In this document: positions 31,193 to 39,458 of the stretch, one piece after another
Position numbering within the stretch: the stretch's first letter is position 1
Layout: each line of letters opens with the position of its first letter
NCBI GenBank assembly: GCA_043815885.1
Contig: JBDRIL010000026.1
Location: forward strand, 1-46,233
From: an archaeon
GTDB lineage: Archaea; Iainarchaeota; Iainarchaeia; Iainarchaeales; 1-14-0-10-31-34
Length of the DNA stretch: 46,233 bases
Direction of reading: 5' to 3'
Program-made: the position numbers and the translations under genes
The notes under the pieces: generated by a model
What the model saw: only the letters and a program-made list of their open reading frames with translations
Database searches by the model: none
Told to the model about the DNA's origin: nothing

Positions 31193-31563
31193 CTGAATTG
31201 AATGAAATATATAAATGCAATGTCTGTGGGAATATTGTTCAGGTAATTCATTCAGGAGCAGGAGAATTAGTTTGCTGCGGACAGCCAATGGAGTTATTGA
31301 AGGAAAAGACTGAAGATGCCGGACAGGAAAAACACGTTCCGGTAATAGAGAAAACAAGGAAGGGAGTAAAAGTAAAGGTTGGTTCAGTTCCACACCCAAT
31401 GGAGGAAAAGCACTTCATTGAATGGATTGAAGTAATTGCTGATGGAAGTTCTTACAGAAAATTCCTGAAGCCGGGAGAAAAGCCGGAAGCAGAATTTGAA
31501 GTGAAAGCAGAAAGCATTACTGCAAGAGAATACTGCAATATCCATGGATTGTGGAAGAAGTGA
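31189..31563 (+). CDS. dfx: Desulfoferrodoxin (superoxide reductase)
   Basis: CNVCGN, CCGQPM, EKHVP, HPM...H, CNIHG. Confidence 0.96.
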   Translation: MTELNEIYKCNVCGNIVQVIHSGAGELVCCGQPMELLKEKTEDAGQEKHVPVIEKTRKGVKVKVGSVPHPMEEKHFIEWIEVIADGSSYRKFLKPGEKPEAEFEVKAESITAREYCNIHGLWKK

Positions 31564-31567
31564 AGGA

Positions 31568-32194
31568 ATGCAAGAGTTATTGAAAGAAATTGAATGCTTA
31601 AAGAATAGTGAAACAAGAAAACTAATTGATTCCAGAATAAAGGAATTCCAGGAAATTGGAAAAAATGGAAGCAATGAATTATTCAAGGAATTGTGTTTCT
31701 GCATTCTTACGGCTAACTGCAGTGCAGAGAAATGCATTATTCTTCAGAAAAAACTGGGAAACGATTTCTTAACTCTTTCAGAAAAACAGTTAGCCAAAAA
31801 ACTGAAGCAATCGGGCTACAGGCATCCGAATATCAGAGCAAAATATATTTTGGAAGCAAGAAAATACAAGAATTCATTAAAGGAAACAATTAATTCTTTT
31901 AAGAATGAATCAGAGGCAAGGGAATGGCTTGTCGGGAATGTGAAGGGAATCGGCTTCAAGGAAGGAAGCCATTTTCTAAGGAATACTGGAAAGAAGAATG
32001 TTGCAATAATTGATTTCCATATAATTGATTTACTGGTTAAAGAGAAATTAATTGATAAACCAAAGACACTAAATAAAAAAAAGTATCTTGAAATTGAAAC
32101 TCTCCTGAAGAAAATTGCCAGAAAATCTAATTTGAATTTAGCTGAACTGGACTTGTATTTGTGGTCTAAGGAAACAGGGAAAGTATTGAAGTAA
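31568..32194 (+). CDS. ogg: 8-oxoguanine DNA glycosylase/AP lyase (Ogg2 type)
   Basis: ELCFCILTAN, KGIGFKEGSHFLRN, IIDFH, C-terminal TGKVLK. Confidence 0.93.
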   Translation: MQELLKEIECLKNSETRKLIDSRIKEFQEIGKNGSNELFKELCFCILTANCSAEKCIILQKKLGNDFLTLSEKQLAKKLKQSGYRHPNIRAKYILEARKYKNSLKETINSFKNESEAREWLVGNVKGIGFKEGSHFLRNTGKKNVAIIDFHIIDLLVKEKLIDKPKTLNKKKYLEIETLLKKIARKSNLNLAELDLYLWSKETGKVLK

Positions 32195-32197
32195 AAA

Positions 32198-32381
32198 CTG
32201 CCTTTTTGATTAAGAGAGGTATCGGAACCTTTTTTTTGCGCGCCTGCTTTTTTTAAAAGCGGGCTTCTGATGCAGGGGGGAGAATCCAAAAAACCTTTTA
32301 CGAAAAGGTTTACGAAAACTCAAGTATACTGCCCCTGCCTTTTTGATTAACCTTTTTTCAAAAGGTTAATGCAGGGGGGAG
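32198..32381. repeat. Duplicated tRNA-Leu 3' end and trailer containing hairpin-plus-A-tail repeats
   Basis: ctgcctttttgattaa at 32198-32213 and 32335-32350; atgcaggggggag at 32270-32282 and 32369-32381. Confidence 0.7.
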
Positions 32382-32508
32382 GATTCGAACCCCCGAAGGC
32401 ACTAAGCCCCCAGATATCTCGAACTTTTTCTTTTCGTTAACGTTTTCTTTTTTACAAAAAGAAAAGGTTACTTGAGTCTGGTCCGTTTGACCGCTTCGGT
32501 ACCCCTGC
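32370..32508 (-). tRNA. tRNA-Leu(CAA) with 55-nt intron at 37/38 (32416-32470)
   Basis: GCAGGGG/CCCCTGC acceptor, CCAGA-CTCAAG|A-TCTGG anticodon arm, long variable arm, GGTTCGAATCC. Confidence 0.93.
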
Positions 32509-32573
32509 ATTAAGGAATAACTAATAATGAATGAAAAGGTATTTTATTTTAATTATTAGAAATTTGCCTGAGA

Positions 32574-32921
32574 TCACTCCAAAGCCAGGCTTGTTTTTAG
32601 TGCTTCATCTACCTTGCGCATTGTGCTTGGTTTTATTGCTCCAATTTTTTTGATTACTCTGTGTTCTATTGAAACAGTTGCTATCTGAGAGCAGTTTATT
32701 GTTCCGTCTCTTTGCAAGCCAGTGTCCTCTGCTTTAATAAAAACATCTGTTGGATATGCTTTTTCCCTTATCCTGCTTGTTATTGGCACTACAATGGTTG
32801 TACTTGAATACTGATTCCCAATATTGTTTTGTACAACAACTGCAGGCCTTATTTTTCCTTGTTCCGAACCCATAGCTGGATTAAAGTCAACCAGAATTGT
32901 GTCTCCTCTTTTAATGTTCAT
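32574..32921 (-). CDS. mazF: MazF/PemK toxin endoribonuclease
   Basis: KRGD....FNP..GSEQGK.RP.VVVQN..GN, VPITS; likely start ATG 32921 overlapping the antitoxin end. Confidence 0.93.
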   Translation of the reverse strand: MNIKRGDTILVDFNPAMGSEQGKIRPAVVVQNNIGNQYSSTTIVVPITSRIREKAYPTDVFIKAEDTGLQRDGTINCSQIATVSIEHRVIKKIGAIKPSTMRKVDEALKTSLALE

Positions 32922-33177
32922 CTGAAAACCCGCTTGCTTCTGCACTAGCATTTATCATTTCTTCGCTTAGCTCTTTGTTTTCCTTTGCATGTCTTACATA
33001 GTATTCTTTCATCAACTCTTCTTTCTGCTTTTTACTAAAAGCTTTCTCAACCGTTATTTTGTTGTTTTCTATTCTCACTATTACCCTGTCCTTTGGCTTT
33101 ATTTTCTCTATTTCCCTGATGTCCTTAGGAATAGTTATTTGACCTCTTTCTCCAACAACCGCAATACTCTCATACAC
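32911..33177 (-). CDS. AbrB/MazE-family antitoxin
   Basis: VGERGQITIPKDIRE...IKPKD; directly upstream of mazF. Confidence 0.9.
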   Translation of the reverse strand: MYESIAVVGERGQITIPKDIREIEKIKPKDRVIVRIENNKITVEKAFSKKQKEELMKEYYVRHAKENKELSEEMINASAEASGFSDEH

Positions 33178-33339
33178 TCACATCACCAAACATACTTATT
33201 ACATACTATTTCATATCAAAAACATATTTAAGTATTGCGTAGCAGACAGCACAAAAATATAAACTCCAAAGCAATTATATACGATTTCGGGAGAGTGAAT
33301 TTCCCCTGAAACACTAACACCGAAGGAAAAGTATTTTTA

Positions 33340-33708
33340 TTATATATTATTCCTTTTAATCCAAAGCATTCTTTGAATACTTCTAATTTCCTTTTGGTCT
33401 TTTTTGTCAAAGGGATTCAATTTATATGCATTCGCCAAAAATCCTTCTTTTCCTAAAACACTCTTTAATTTTCTTACATTTATTTTAAATCCCTTTGGAG
33501 GAGCAAAAAATAAGGGAGCCATTAATGTCTTGAATGGCCTTATTCCAGCCACAACAACTATTTTTGGGTTCACCATTCTTCCACTGACAATCCAGCAATC
33601 GCCCAATCTGCGCTTTTCCTTTTTTGCTCTGGCAAATCGTTGTATACCTCTAGGCTTACGAAAATCAATTCTTCGGCTCTGTTTGTGAACTCCCCCTTTT
33701 CCAGGCAA
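33340..33708 (-). CDS. Basic orphan protein
   Basis: TTG start 6 nt after the upstream gene; MPGKGGVHKQSRRIDFRKPR. Confidence 0.55.
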   Translation of the reverse strand: MPGKGGVHKQSRRIDFRKPRGIQRFARAKKEKRRLGDCWIVSGRMVNPKIVVVAGIRPFKTLMAPLFFAPPKGFKINVRKLKSVLGKEGFLANAYKLNPFDKKDQKEIRSIQRMLWIKRNNI

Positions 33709-33714
33709 AAGACA

Positions 33715-34068
33715 TCAACCAAATAAAATTATTCCTGCTACAACCAATGCATTAAATATCACCCAAAGAGAGTAATTAAGGATTATTGGTTTTTCTTTAT
33801 GCATTAAACCATAGACAACCCAAATGCATGAAAAGACAAAAAAAGAAACCCATGAAATAAGTGAAACCCCTGAAGCATTCCTTTCAGACCAAATCTTCCA
33901 TGCCTGAGGGAAAGCCATTATTGGCCCAATTATTCCAACCAAATAAATCAGGTAATCCATTCTCCTCTTCCATTTGTCTGGATGAGGAAAAGGCTCATGC
34001 TTTAAATGAATCCGCTTCCTCAAATGGGAATGATGCATTCCTTTATCCATGATATTCATAAAGGGCAA
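33715..34068 (-). CDS. SemiSWEET/PQ-loop family 3-TM transporter
   Basis: AFPQAWKIW..NASGVS..W..YG..PII.N; true start may be a later Met. Confidence 0.8.
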   Translation of the reverse strand: MPFMNIMDKGMHHSHLRKRIHLKHEPFPHPDKWKRRMDYLIYLVGIIGPIMAFPQAWKIWSERNASGVSLISWVSFFVFSCIWVVYGLMHKEKPIILNYSLWVIFNALVVAGIILFG

Positions 34069-34109
34069 AAGAAATATTTAAAGCTTCCGTAAGAACTGAA
34101 TAATTAAAA

Positions 34110-34297
34110 CGCGGAGGGTGGGATTTGAACCCACGAGGGCTTTCGCCCAAGAGCTCACTGCAAACAACAATTAATCCCTTTCTTTTTTGGGATTACGTTC
34201 CCTTTTTCTTTTGGGGTAACGTAGAACTTTTCTTTTTCGGGAAAAAGAAAAGGGCTCGTAGCAGGCTCTCGCCGTAACCGGACTGGGCCACCTCCGC
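34110..34297 (-). tRNA. tRNA-Ser(GCT) with 103-nt intron at 37/38 (34156-34258)
   Basis: GCGGAGG/CCTCCGC acceptor, G73, AGAGC-CTGCTA|A-GCTCT, GGGCGAAAGCCC variable arm, BHB helix CTGC/GCAG. Confidence 0.93.
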
Positions 34298-34300
34298 ACC

Positions 34301-34412
34301 AGAAACTACGTTTCCGGTACCTTCCTTACCGAAGATACCTTTTCCTTAATCAGAAACTACGTTTCCGATACCTTCCTTTTTGATCACTTTGTGGTATTGC
34401 AAGCAATACCAC
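34301..34412. repeat. Direct repeat plus perfect hairpin upstream of tRNA-Ser
   Basis: agaaactacgtttccg(g/a)taccttcctt at 34301-34327 and 34352-34378; gtggtattgc-aa-gcaataccac at 34391-34412. Confidence 0.8.
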
Positions 34413-34529
34413 TCATTACACATTAATAATTTTGGATAAAGTTAATAAAAAGCATTCCTTCCGCGGATTCAGGAATAATTAAATAAAGTATGGACTAGAA
34501 AGTATTTAGATTTTTTGGGAGAATCATTT

Positions 34530-34724
34530 ATGGAGACTGAATTCAGGTTGCTGGCTGGATTCATTATTGCAATAGTATCTATGCCCTTTTTCTTCTTGAA
34601 TAACACACTCATTACAATAGTTGCATTGGGCGTGCTTGCAGTTGGAGCAGCAATTTTCTTTAAATCATTGGGAGAACTGTACCTCTTCAGAGGACAAGCA
34701 ATGAAAGAAAAAGAAAACAAATAA
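34530..34724 (+). CDS. Small 2-TM membrane protein
   Basis: GGGAG RBS, two hydrophobic segments. Confidence 0.6.
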   Translation: METEFRLLAGFIIAIVSMPFFFLNNTLITIVALGVLAVGAAIFFKSLGELYLFRGQAMKEKENK

Positions 34725-34783
34725 ACTTTCAAGAATTAAATTAAATCCTAACTAATTCACTTAATTTTTTTAAAAATAAGCCA

Positions 34784-34935
34784 CGCCCAAGGTCGGACTC
34801 GAACCGACAACCTACCGGTTGCTGCAATACCAAAATGAAACTATTTTTCTTTTTGGGCAACTTACACTTTTTCTTTTTCTAAAAAGAAAAAGGGCAGTTA
34901 ACAGCCGATTGCTCTACCAATTGAGCTACCTGGGC
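34784..34935 (-). tRNA. tRNA-Asn(GTT) with 79-nt intron at 37/38 (34820-34898)
   Basis: GCCCAGG/CTTGGGC acceptor, ATCGG-CTGTTA|A-CCGGT, GGTTCGAGTCC, BHB helix CTGT/GCAG. Confidence 0.94.
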
Positions 34936-35419
34936 AGTAGAACAAAAGAAGTAAAGAAAAATATATTAAAATATTGTATGGAAAAGAGGAAAAAAGGCAA
35001 TGGAAGAGAATTGGATAAGAGGCATATGAGGCATATATATTACTATTAATTATACATAATAATATTATAGGGGGCATAAAGCAAAAATCAAACAAAAGAG
35101 TTTGTTTGTGGGATAAGGGAAAAAATACGCTTTATATGGGATTTAAGCGGATATAACCCGTTTAAATGAATAAATTAATTTTTTCACTTAAATAGTTGAA
35201 TTATACATTACTTTTTTCCTCGCAAAAAGGATTTTTTTAGTTTAGGCATCCTATACATAAGAAAAAAAGTGTATTTTTAAACTTTTCTTTTTTTTTGGGG
35301 GAAAATCAGGCTCTTTTCGGGAAACAAAAGCTATTTAAAGGATTATAGCGTAATATTATTGCAGTAACACTTTTATGCATAAGTGTTTTATTGACTTGTT
35401 TGGAAGAGGGGTGATTTAT

Positions 35420-36493
35420 TTGAGAAGTGTTATAGAAGAAGCTATTCATAAGGGTACTACCAAAGTCGAGGAAAAGATTGAGGAATTTGGTGCTCCAAAA
35501 ATAATGGTAATTGGTACTGGTGGTGCAGGATGCAATGCTGTAAACAGATTGGCTAATATGGGTATTAGCGGAGCCCAGTTAGTTGCAGTGAATACAGACA
35601 AACAGCATCTTTCAATCATTAATGATGAATTGACTAAAATCCTTATTGGAAAGAGTGTCACTAGAGGGCTTGGAGCAGGAGGCTATCCTGACGTTGGAGC
35701 AAAGGCAGCAGAGGTTTCAAGACAGGCACTCGAAGAAGTAATGAGCGGAGTTGACATGCTGTTCCTTACCGCTGGAATGGGCGGAGGAACAGGAACTGGT
35801 TCTGCTCCAATAATCGGAGAAATAGCAAAGGAACAGGGAGCAATAGTTATTTCCATTGTCACTTATCCATTTGCTTTAGAGAAAGCAAGACTGATTAAGG
35901 CAGAAGACGGAATAGAGGACTTAAGAAAGGTAACAGATACAGTTGTTGTTATTGACAACAACAGATTAGTGGAATTGGTTCCTAATTTGCCTATACAGGA
36001 TGCATTTAAAGTAGCTGATGAAGTAACCGCAAGAACTGTCAGAGGGATAACTGAAACCATTACACAGCCTTCATTGATTAACCTGGACTTTGCTGATGTA
36101 AGGTCTGTAATGGGAAACAAGGGATTGAGTGTTATTGCTGTAGGCGAAAGCAAGTCAGTGAATAAAGTGGATGAAGTGGTTGATGACACACTCAAAAATG
36201 TATTGCTTGACGTGGACTTCGCTGGAGCTTCTGGGGCATTGATTCACATTACCGGAGGGCCGGAATTAACTTTAGGAGAAGCAAATGCAGTGGGAGAAAT
36301 GCTGACAGAACAGATTGACCCAAAAGCAATAGTAATCTGGGGTGCAAGAGTTGACCCAACCTTTGAAAACAAGATGGAAGTAATCAGCATCTTCACTGGA
36401 GTGCATTCCCCTTACATCAAGAGCCCTGATGCAGGAGAAACAATGGTTGCAAAATCAAAATCAAGGAGCAGTTTAGGATTAGGGTATGTTTAA
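35420..36493 (+). CDS. ftsZ: Cell division GTPase FtsZ, copy B
   Basis: [16 protein letters not shown]; start placed at TTG 35420 after GAGGGGTGA RBS, matching the N-terminus of copy A. Confidence 0.97.
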   Translation: MRSVIEEAIHKGTTKVEEKIEEFGAPKIMVIGTGGAGCNAVNRLANMGISGAQLVAVNTDKQHLSIINDELTKILIGKSVTRGLGAGGYPDVGAKAAEVSRQALEEVMSGVDMLFLTAGMGGGTGTGSAPIIGEIAKEQGAIVISIVTYPFALEKARLIKAEDGIEDLRKVTDTVVVIDNNRLVELVPNLPIQDAFKVADEVTARTVRGITETITQPSLINLDFADVRSVMGNKGLSVIAVGESKSVNKVDEVVDDTLKNVLLDVDFAGASGALIHITGGPELTLGEANAVGEMLTEQIDPKAIVIWGARVDPTFENKMEVISIFTGVHSPYIKSPDAGETMVAKSKSRSSLGLGYV

Positions 36494-36499
36494 AACCAT

Positions 36500-36523
36500 C
36501 CCTTTTCTCTTTTTCTTTTTTTT
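36500..36523 (+). terminator. Oligo-T archaeal terminator after ftsZ copy B
   Basis: Long T-rich tract directly after the stop codon. Confidence 0.5.
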
Positions 36524-36569
36524 AATGAAAGATTTATTAATGAGTTAGCTTATTCTTTTATTGATTTTA

Positions 36570-36722
36570 ATGGATAACAGAAGCCAGGCGGCATTGGAAT
36601 ATCTTTTATTAATTGGAGCCGCAATACTGATTGCTGCAGTGGTTGTTGTCGTACTTGATAATTTATCTAAGAATCTAACAAACAAAATAGACAATAGGGT
36701 TAACGAAATTGATGAATGGTAA
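36570..36722 (+). CDS. Small class III signal peptide (type IV pilin-like) protein, 50 aa
   Basis: Manual translation MDNRS/QAALEYLLLIGAAILIAAVVVVVL...; Q+1/E+5 pattern; below the ORF-track cutoff. Confidence 0.85.
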   Translation: MDNRSQAALEYLLLIGAAILIAAVVVVVLDNLSKNLTNKIDNRVNEIDEW

Positions 36723-36739
36723 AAGCTTAGTTTAATAAT

Positions 36740-38194
36740 TCAAATAAACTGTGATCCAAGCCATAATAGCATTGGCAGTACTAATACAAACATTATTGGA
36801 AGAATCAGTAACAGGAATATCTTTGAAACAAATTTCTCTTTTTCTTCTATTGGTTCTTTTCCAGGGAGATAAGAAGCAAAAATTATTTTTGCTATCCTTC
36901 CTCCGTCAAATGGTTCTATAGGCAGGAAGTTAACTATTGCGATAAGGAAACTCAATAACGTCAGCCACCATAAAAAATTATTTCTTGAGGTTGGGTCAAG
37001 GAATTGGTCATAGAGAATCAAGGTTATTTCTTCTTCTGTATTGTAGGGCTCTGCGACTTTTTCTCCTAAAGCAAAACCATAGGCATTAATTTCTTCATTT
37101 ATCCCTAATGTCACGTTCTTTAATTCATTTGTTTCAGTCAAGACAAGTAGGTCAATGCTCTTGTTTTCTGAAGCAGTGTTTCCAATCAAGTCCTCTCTAA
37201 CGTTAATCTTTTTTCCGTTTACTTCAATTACCTTCCATCCTCCCTCCAGTTTTCCGTAAGCCGGAGATGCATAAATTGTTCCGCATAAATTGATGTTCTG
37301 GTCGACTCCAACTATATACATTCCTTCCACGTGTGGTTCCTTGAATTCCTGAATCCATGGAACAATTGAAGGCATGAAAACAAATAAAACGAAAAGATTC
37401 AGTAAAAGAATAAAGAACAACAAGGAAATAATGTTTCCCATTGGGCCAGCAGCAAATATTCTCAGAGCCTTTCTTTTATCTAATTTCTTTAATTGTTGTT
37501 CGTCTGGTTCAACAAAGGCTCCAACCGGAAGAAATCCCAATAAAAGCAGTCCAGTGCTCTTTAATTTTATTTTTTCCTTTACAGCAGTTATTCCATGGAA
37601 TCCCTCGTGAATTATCATTATAATGAAGAAGGAAATCCATACATGAAGTGGGACAGTGATTGGAACTGTTGGAATCTTTACTCCTGGAATGATTGGAGCG
37701 ATTCCAGAACAGGTCTCGATTCCTGCAATCGTTTTAATTAGAATGTCTATTGCAGTGAAGATTAAGAGAAGCATTGTAAAGCCAGCCAAGCCGAAGAGAG
37801 AAAAGGCAAGGCTTACAGGATTTATGGGGAGAGAGGGAAGGTATATGAGAATGAATGATTTGAGGAAGGCTTCCCCAAAAAATAAATTAAATAAAAAATA
37901 AATCACGGAAAGAGAAAAAACGAATAAAAGGATTCTTTTTATGCCTCCCAGCTTTTTTCCATAAAGGTAATCTATTGCAATTACTCCAAAACCAAGAATT
38001 AAACCTGCTTCAGCCAGAAAATTAATCAGTTTAGGGTATTTCGAGAATTTATTGAACCAGGGAAGTGGCTTTCTTGTCCTGATCATTGAGGCAATAAAGT
38101 AGGTTTGGGCTCCAAGGAATCGCTTGAATAAATAAGTGATTACAATGAATACCGCAATAAGAATCCATAGAATTATTGCCCAGTCAAATTCCAT
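36740..38194 (-). CDS. Site-2 protease (M50) with PDZ-like insert
   Basis: HEGFH, GAFVEPD, AAGPMGN, NFLPIEPFDGG. Confidence 0.93.
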   Translation of the reverse strand: MEFDWAIILWILIAVFIVITYLFKRFLGAQTYFIASMIRTRKPLPWFNKFSKYPKLINFLAEAGLILGFGVIAIDYLYGKKLGGIKRILLFVFSLSVIYFLFNLFFGEAFLKSFILIYLPSLPINPVSLAFSLFGLAGFTMLLLIFTAIDILIKTIAGIETCSGIAPIIPGVKIPTVPITVPLHVWISFFIIMIIHEGFHGITAVKEKIKLKSTGLLLLGFLPVGAFVEPDEQQLKKLDKRKALRIFAAGPMGNIISLLFFILLLNLFVLFVFMPSIVPWIQEFKEPHVEGMYIVGVDQNINLCGTIYASPAYGKLEGGWKVIEVNGKKINVREDLIGNTASENKSIDLLVLTETNELKNVTLGINEEINAYGFALGEKVAEPYNTEEEITLILYDQFLDPTSRNNFLWWLTLLSFLIAIVNFLPIEPFDGGRIAKIIFASYLPGKEPIEEKEKFVSKIFLLLILPIMFVLVLPMLLWLGSQFI

Positions 38195-38213
38195 TCAAAA
38201 TCCTTCTTAAAAT

Positions 38214-38678
38214 TCATTTCTTTTCCTTTAAAAAATCAGCAAGAGTTATTGCGCCTGCTTCATCCCTGCCTTCATCCTTTACCTGGTCTTCCTTTTTTTC
38301 TCTTAAACTTCTTCCAATAAATTTCTCCAGTTTTCTTATTACTTCATCTGTTGGAGTGAATTTTCCTGACTCAATTCTCTGGACTACTGATTCCTTTTCA
38401 AAAATCTTTTCAGCCAATTCCTTTATTTTAAGGTTTCTTTTTTCTCTTTCTTTTCTGATTATCTCTCCAATTCCGTCAATTAACTCCATTTCATATGATT
38501 CCGCTCTCTTAAATGGGTTAGGAGAAGGTTTTATTATCCTTGCGGGTTTTTTTGGAGGAGTATGAAGGACTTTTCCATAAGAAGAGCAATCATCACATAC
38601 ATTCATCTTCACTCCATCAGTTGAAATAATGAAAGCATTCTTTCTTGCAATCAGTTTCCCGCAAACCTCACACTGCAT
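38214..38678 (-). CDS. Archaeal multiprotein bridging factor MBF1 (Zn ribbon + HTH)
   Basis: CEVCG..VCDDC..YG, HTH with IESGKFTP, ITLADF tail. Confidence 0.92.
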   Translation of the reverse strand: MQCEVCGKLIARKNAFIISTDGVKMNVCDDCSSYGKVLHTPPKKPARIIKPSPNPFKRAESYEMELIDGIGEIIRKEREKRNLKIKELAEKIFEKESVVQRIESGKFTPTDEVIRKLEKFIGRSLREKKEDQVKDEGRDEAGAITLADFLKEKK

Positions 38679-38811
38679 AAAAAATAATAGAAATAGAATA
38701 AGATTAATAAATTAATGATTTGGCTAGTAATGGAACTAATTAATTTTTTATCCCAAAAAAAGTTTTTTTCGAGTTAAATTTATTAATAAAGAAAGCGTTT
38801 TAGTTATTGAA

Positions 38812-38988
38812 ATGGATTGGGAAACAAAAAAAGTGCTTTTATTGATGCTTGGGGTAATTATTATTTTACTGATTACTTGGTACATTGTATTGATAATTAC
38901 TTACACTCCTCCCTCATATGTTGGAGAGTATACTAATCTTCGACAAACAGACCACGTTTACAACTATCTTTGGCATTTAGATACATAA
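38812..38988 (+). CDS. Small single-TM membrane protein, 58 aa
   Basis: Manual translation MDWETKKVLLLMLGVIIILLITWYIVLIITYTPPSYVGEY...; TATA-like tttattaa upstream. Confidence 0.55.
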   Translation: MDWETKKVLLLMLGVIIILLITWYIVLIITYTPPSYVGEYTNLRQTDHVYNYLWHLDT

Positions 38989-39184
38989 TAGATTCACTTA
39001 AACCCTTAACTAAATTCACTTATTTCTTTCGTTTTCTGTCGTTGAAACTTTATCTAAAAAGAGCATGATTAAGTAGGATGCAATACTACTTACTTAATGA
39101 TTAGAAAAGGAAAAATGCTTTAAATAAGAATTCAAGAAATTTGCCGTGAAGAATAATAGGGAAAGCCTCCAATGAAAAAAATTT

Positions 39185-39392
39185 GAGATAAAAAAGAAAA
39201 AGAAGGTTTTATTTTCTCTTTTTTTTGCTTTTGTCTTTCTGCACAGCGACCCCCCCAAGTGAACAGTGAAATATTCGCCTGTATCTTGGAAAGAAAATAG
39301 GAGGAAAGAAAAGGGTTCTTTCCTCAATTCTAAGAGAGTTGGTTGAACTTAGCGGATATAGAATCGGAATAGGCTCACCTTGCTAAGTTCAT
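39185..39392 (-). ncRNA. Candidate structured RNA or leader (strand uncertain)
   Basis: Stems at 39344-39391, 39301-39325 and 39255-39289; TATA-like element at 39416-39424; T-tract on the minus strand near 39190-39205. Confidence 0.3.
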
Positions 39393-39458
39393 ATATAACT
39401 GCGCTTGAGGTTATATTTATATATTTCTCTTTCTTGTTATTAGTTGGGGGAAAACGTT

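Noticed and set aside
32416..32470. tRNA introns as C/D-box guide RNAs
   Set aside because: No RUGAUGA/CUGA box pairs are visible in any of the four introns.
34301..34378. CRISPR-like repeat-spacer-repeat
   Set aside because: Only two units, the spacer is itself a partial repeat, and there are no cas genes in the window.
34819..35095. ORFs overlapping tRNA-Asn, and 45766-45948 over tRNA-Glu
   Set aside because: They overlap tRNA genes and lack protein-like composition; the introns are too short to encode homing endonucleases.
34936..35419. Long AT-rich intergenic region as replication origin or cdrS-like small gene
   Set aside because: No repeated ORB-like boxes, no adjacent cdc6/orc1 and no credible ribbon-helix-helix ORF; divergent promoters are a sufficient explanation.
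39155..39380. RNase P or SRP RNA (GGAAAG-like and AGAA..GGCT-like words)
   Set aside because: No convincing P4 pairing or terminal P1 helix, the GAGGAAAG lies within a perfect local hairpin, and no SRP helix-8 motif is seen; kept only as an unclassified structured region.
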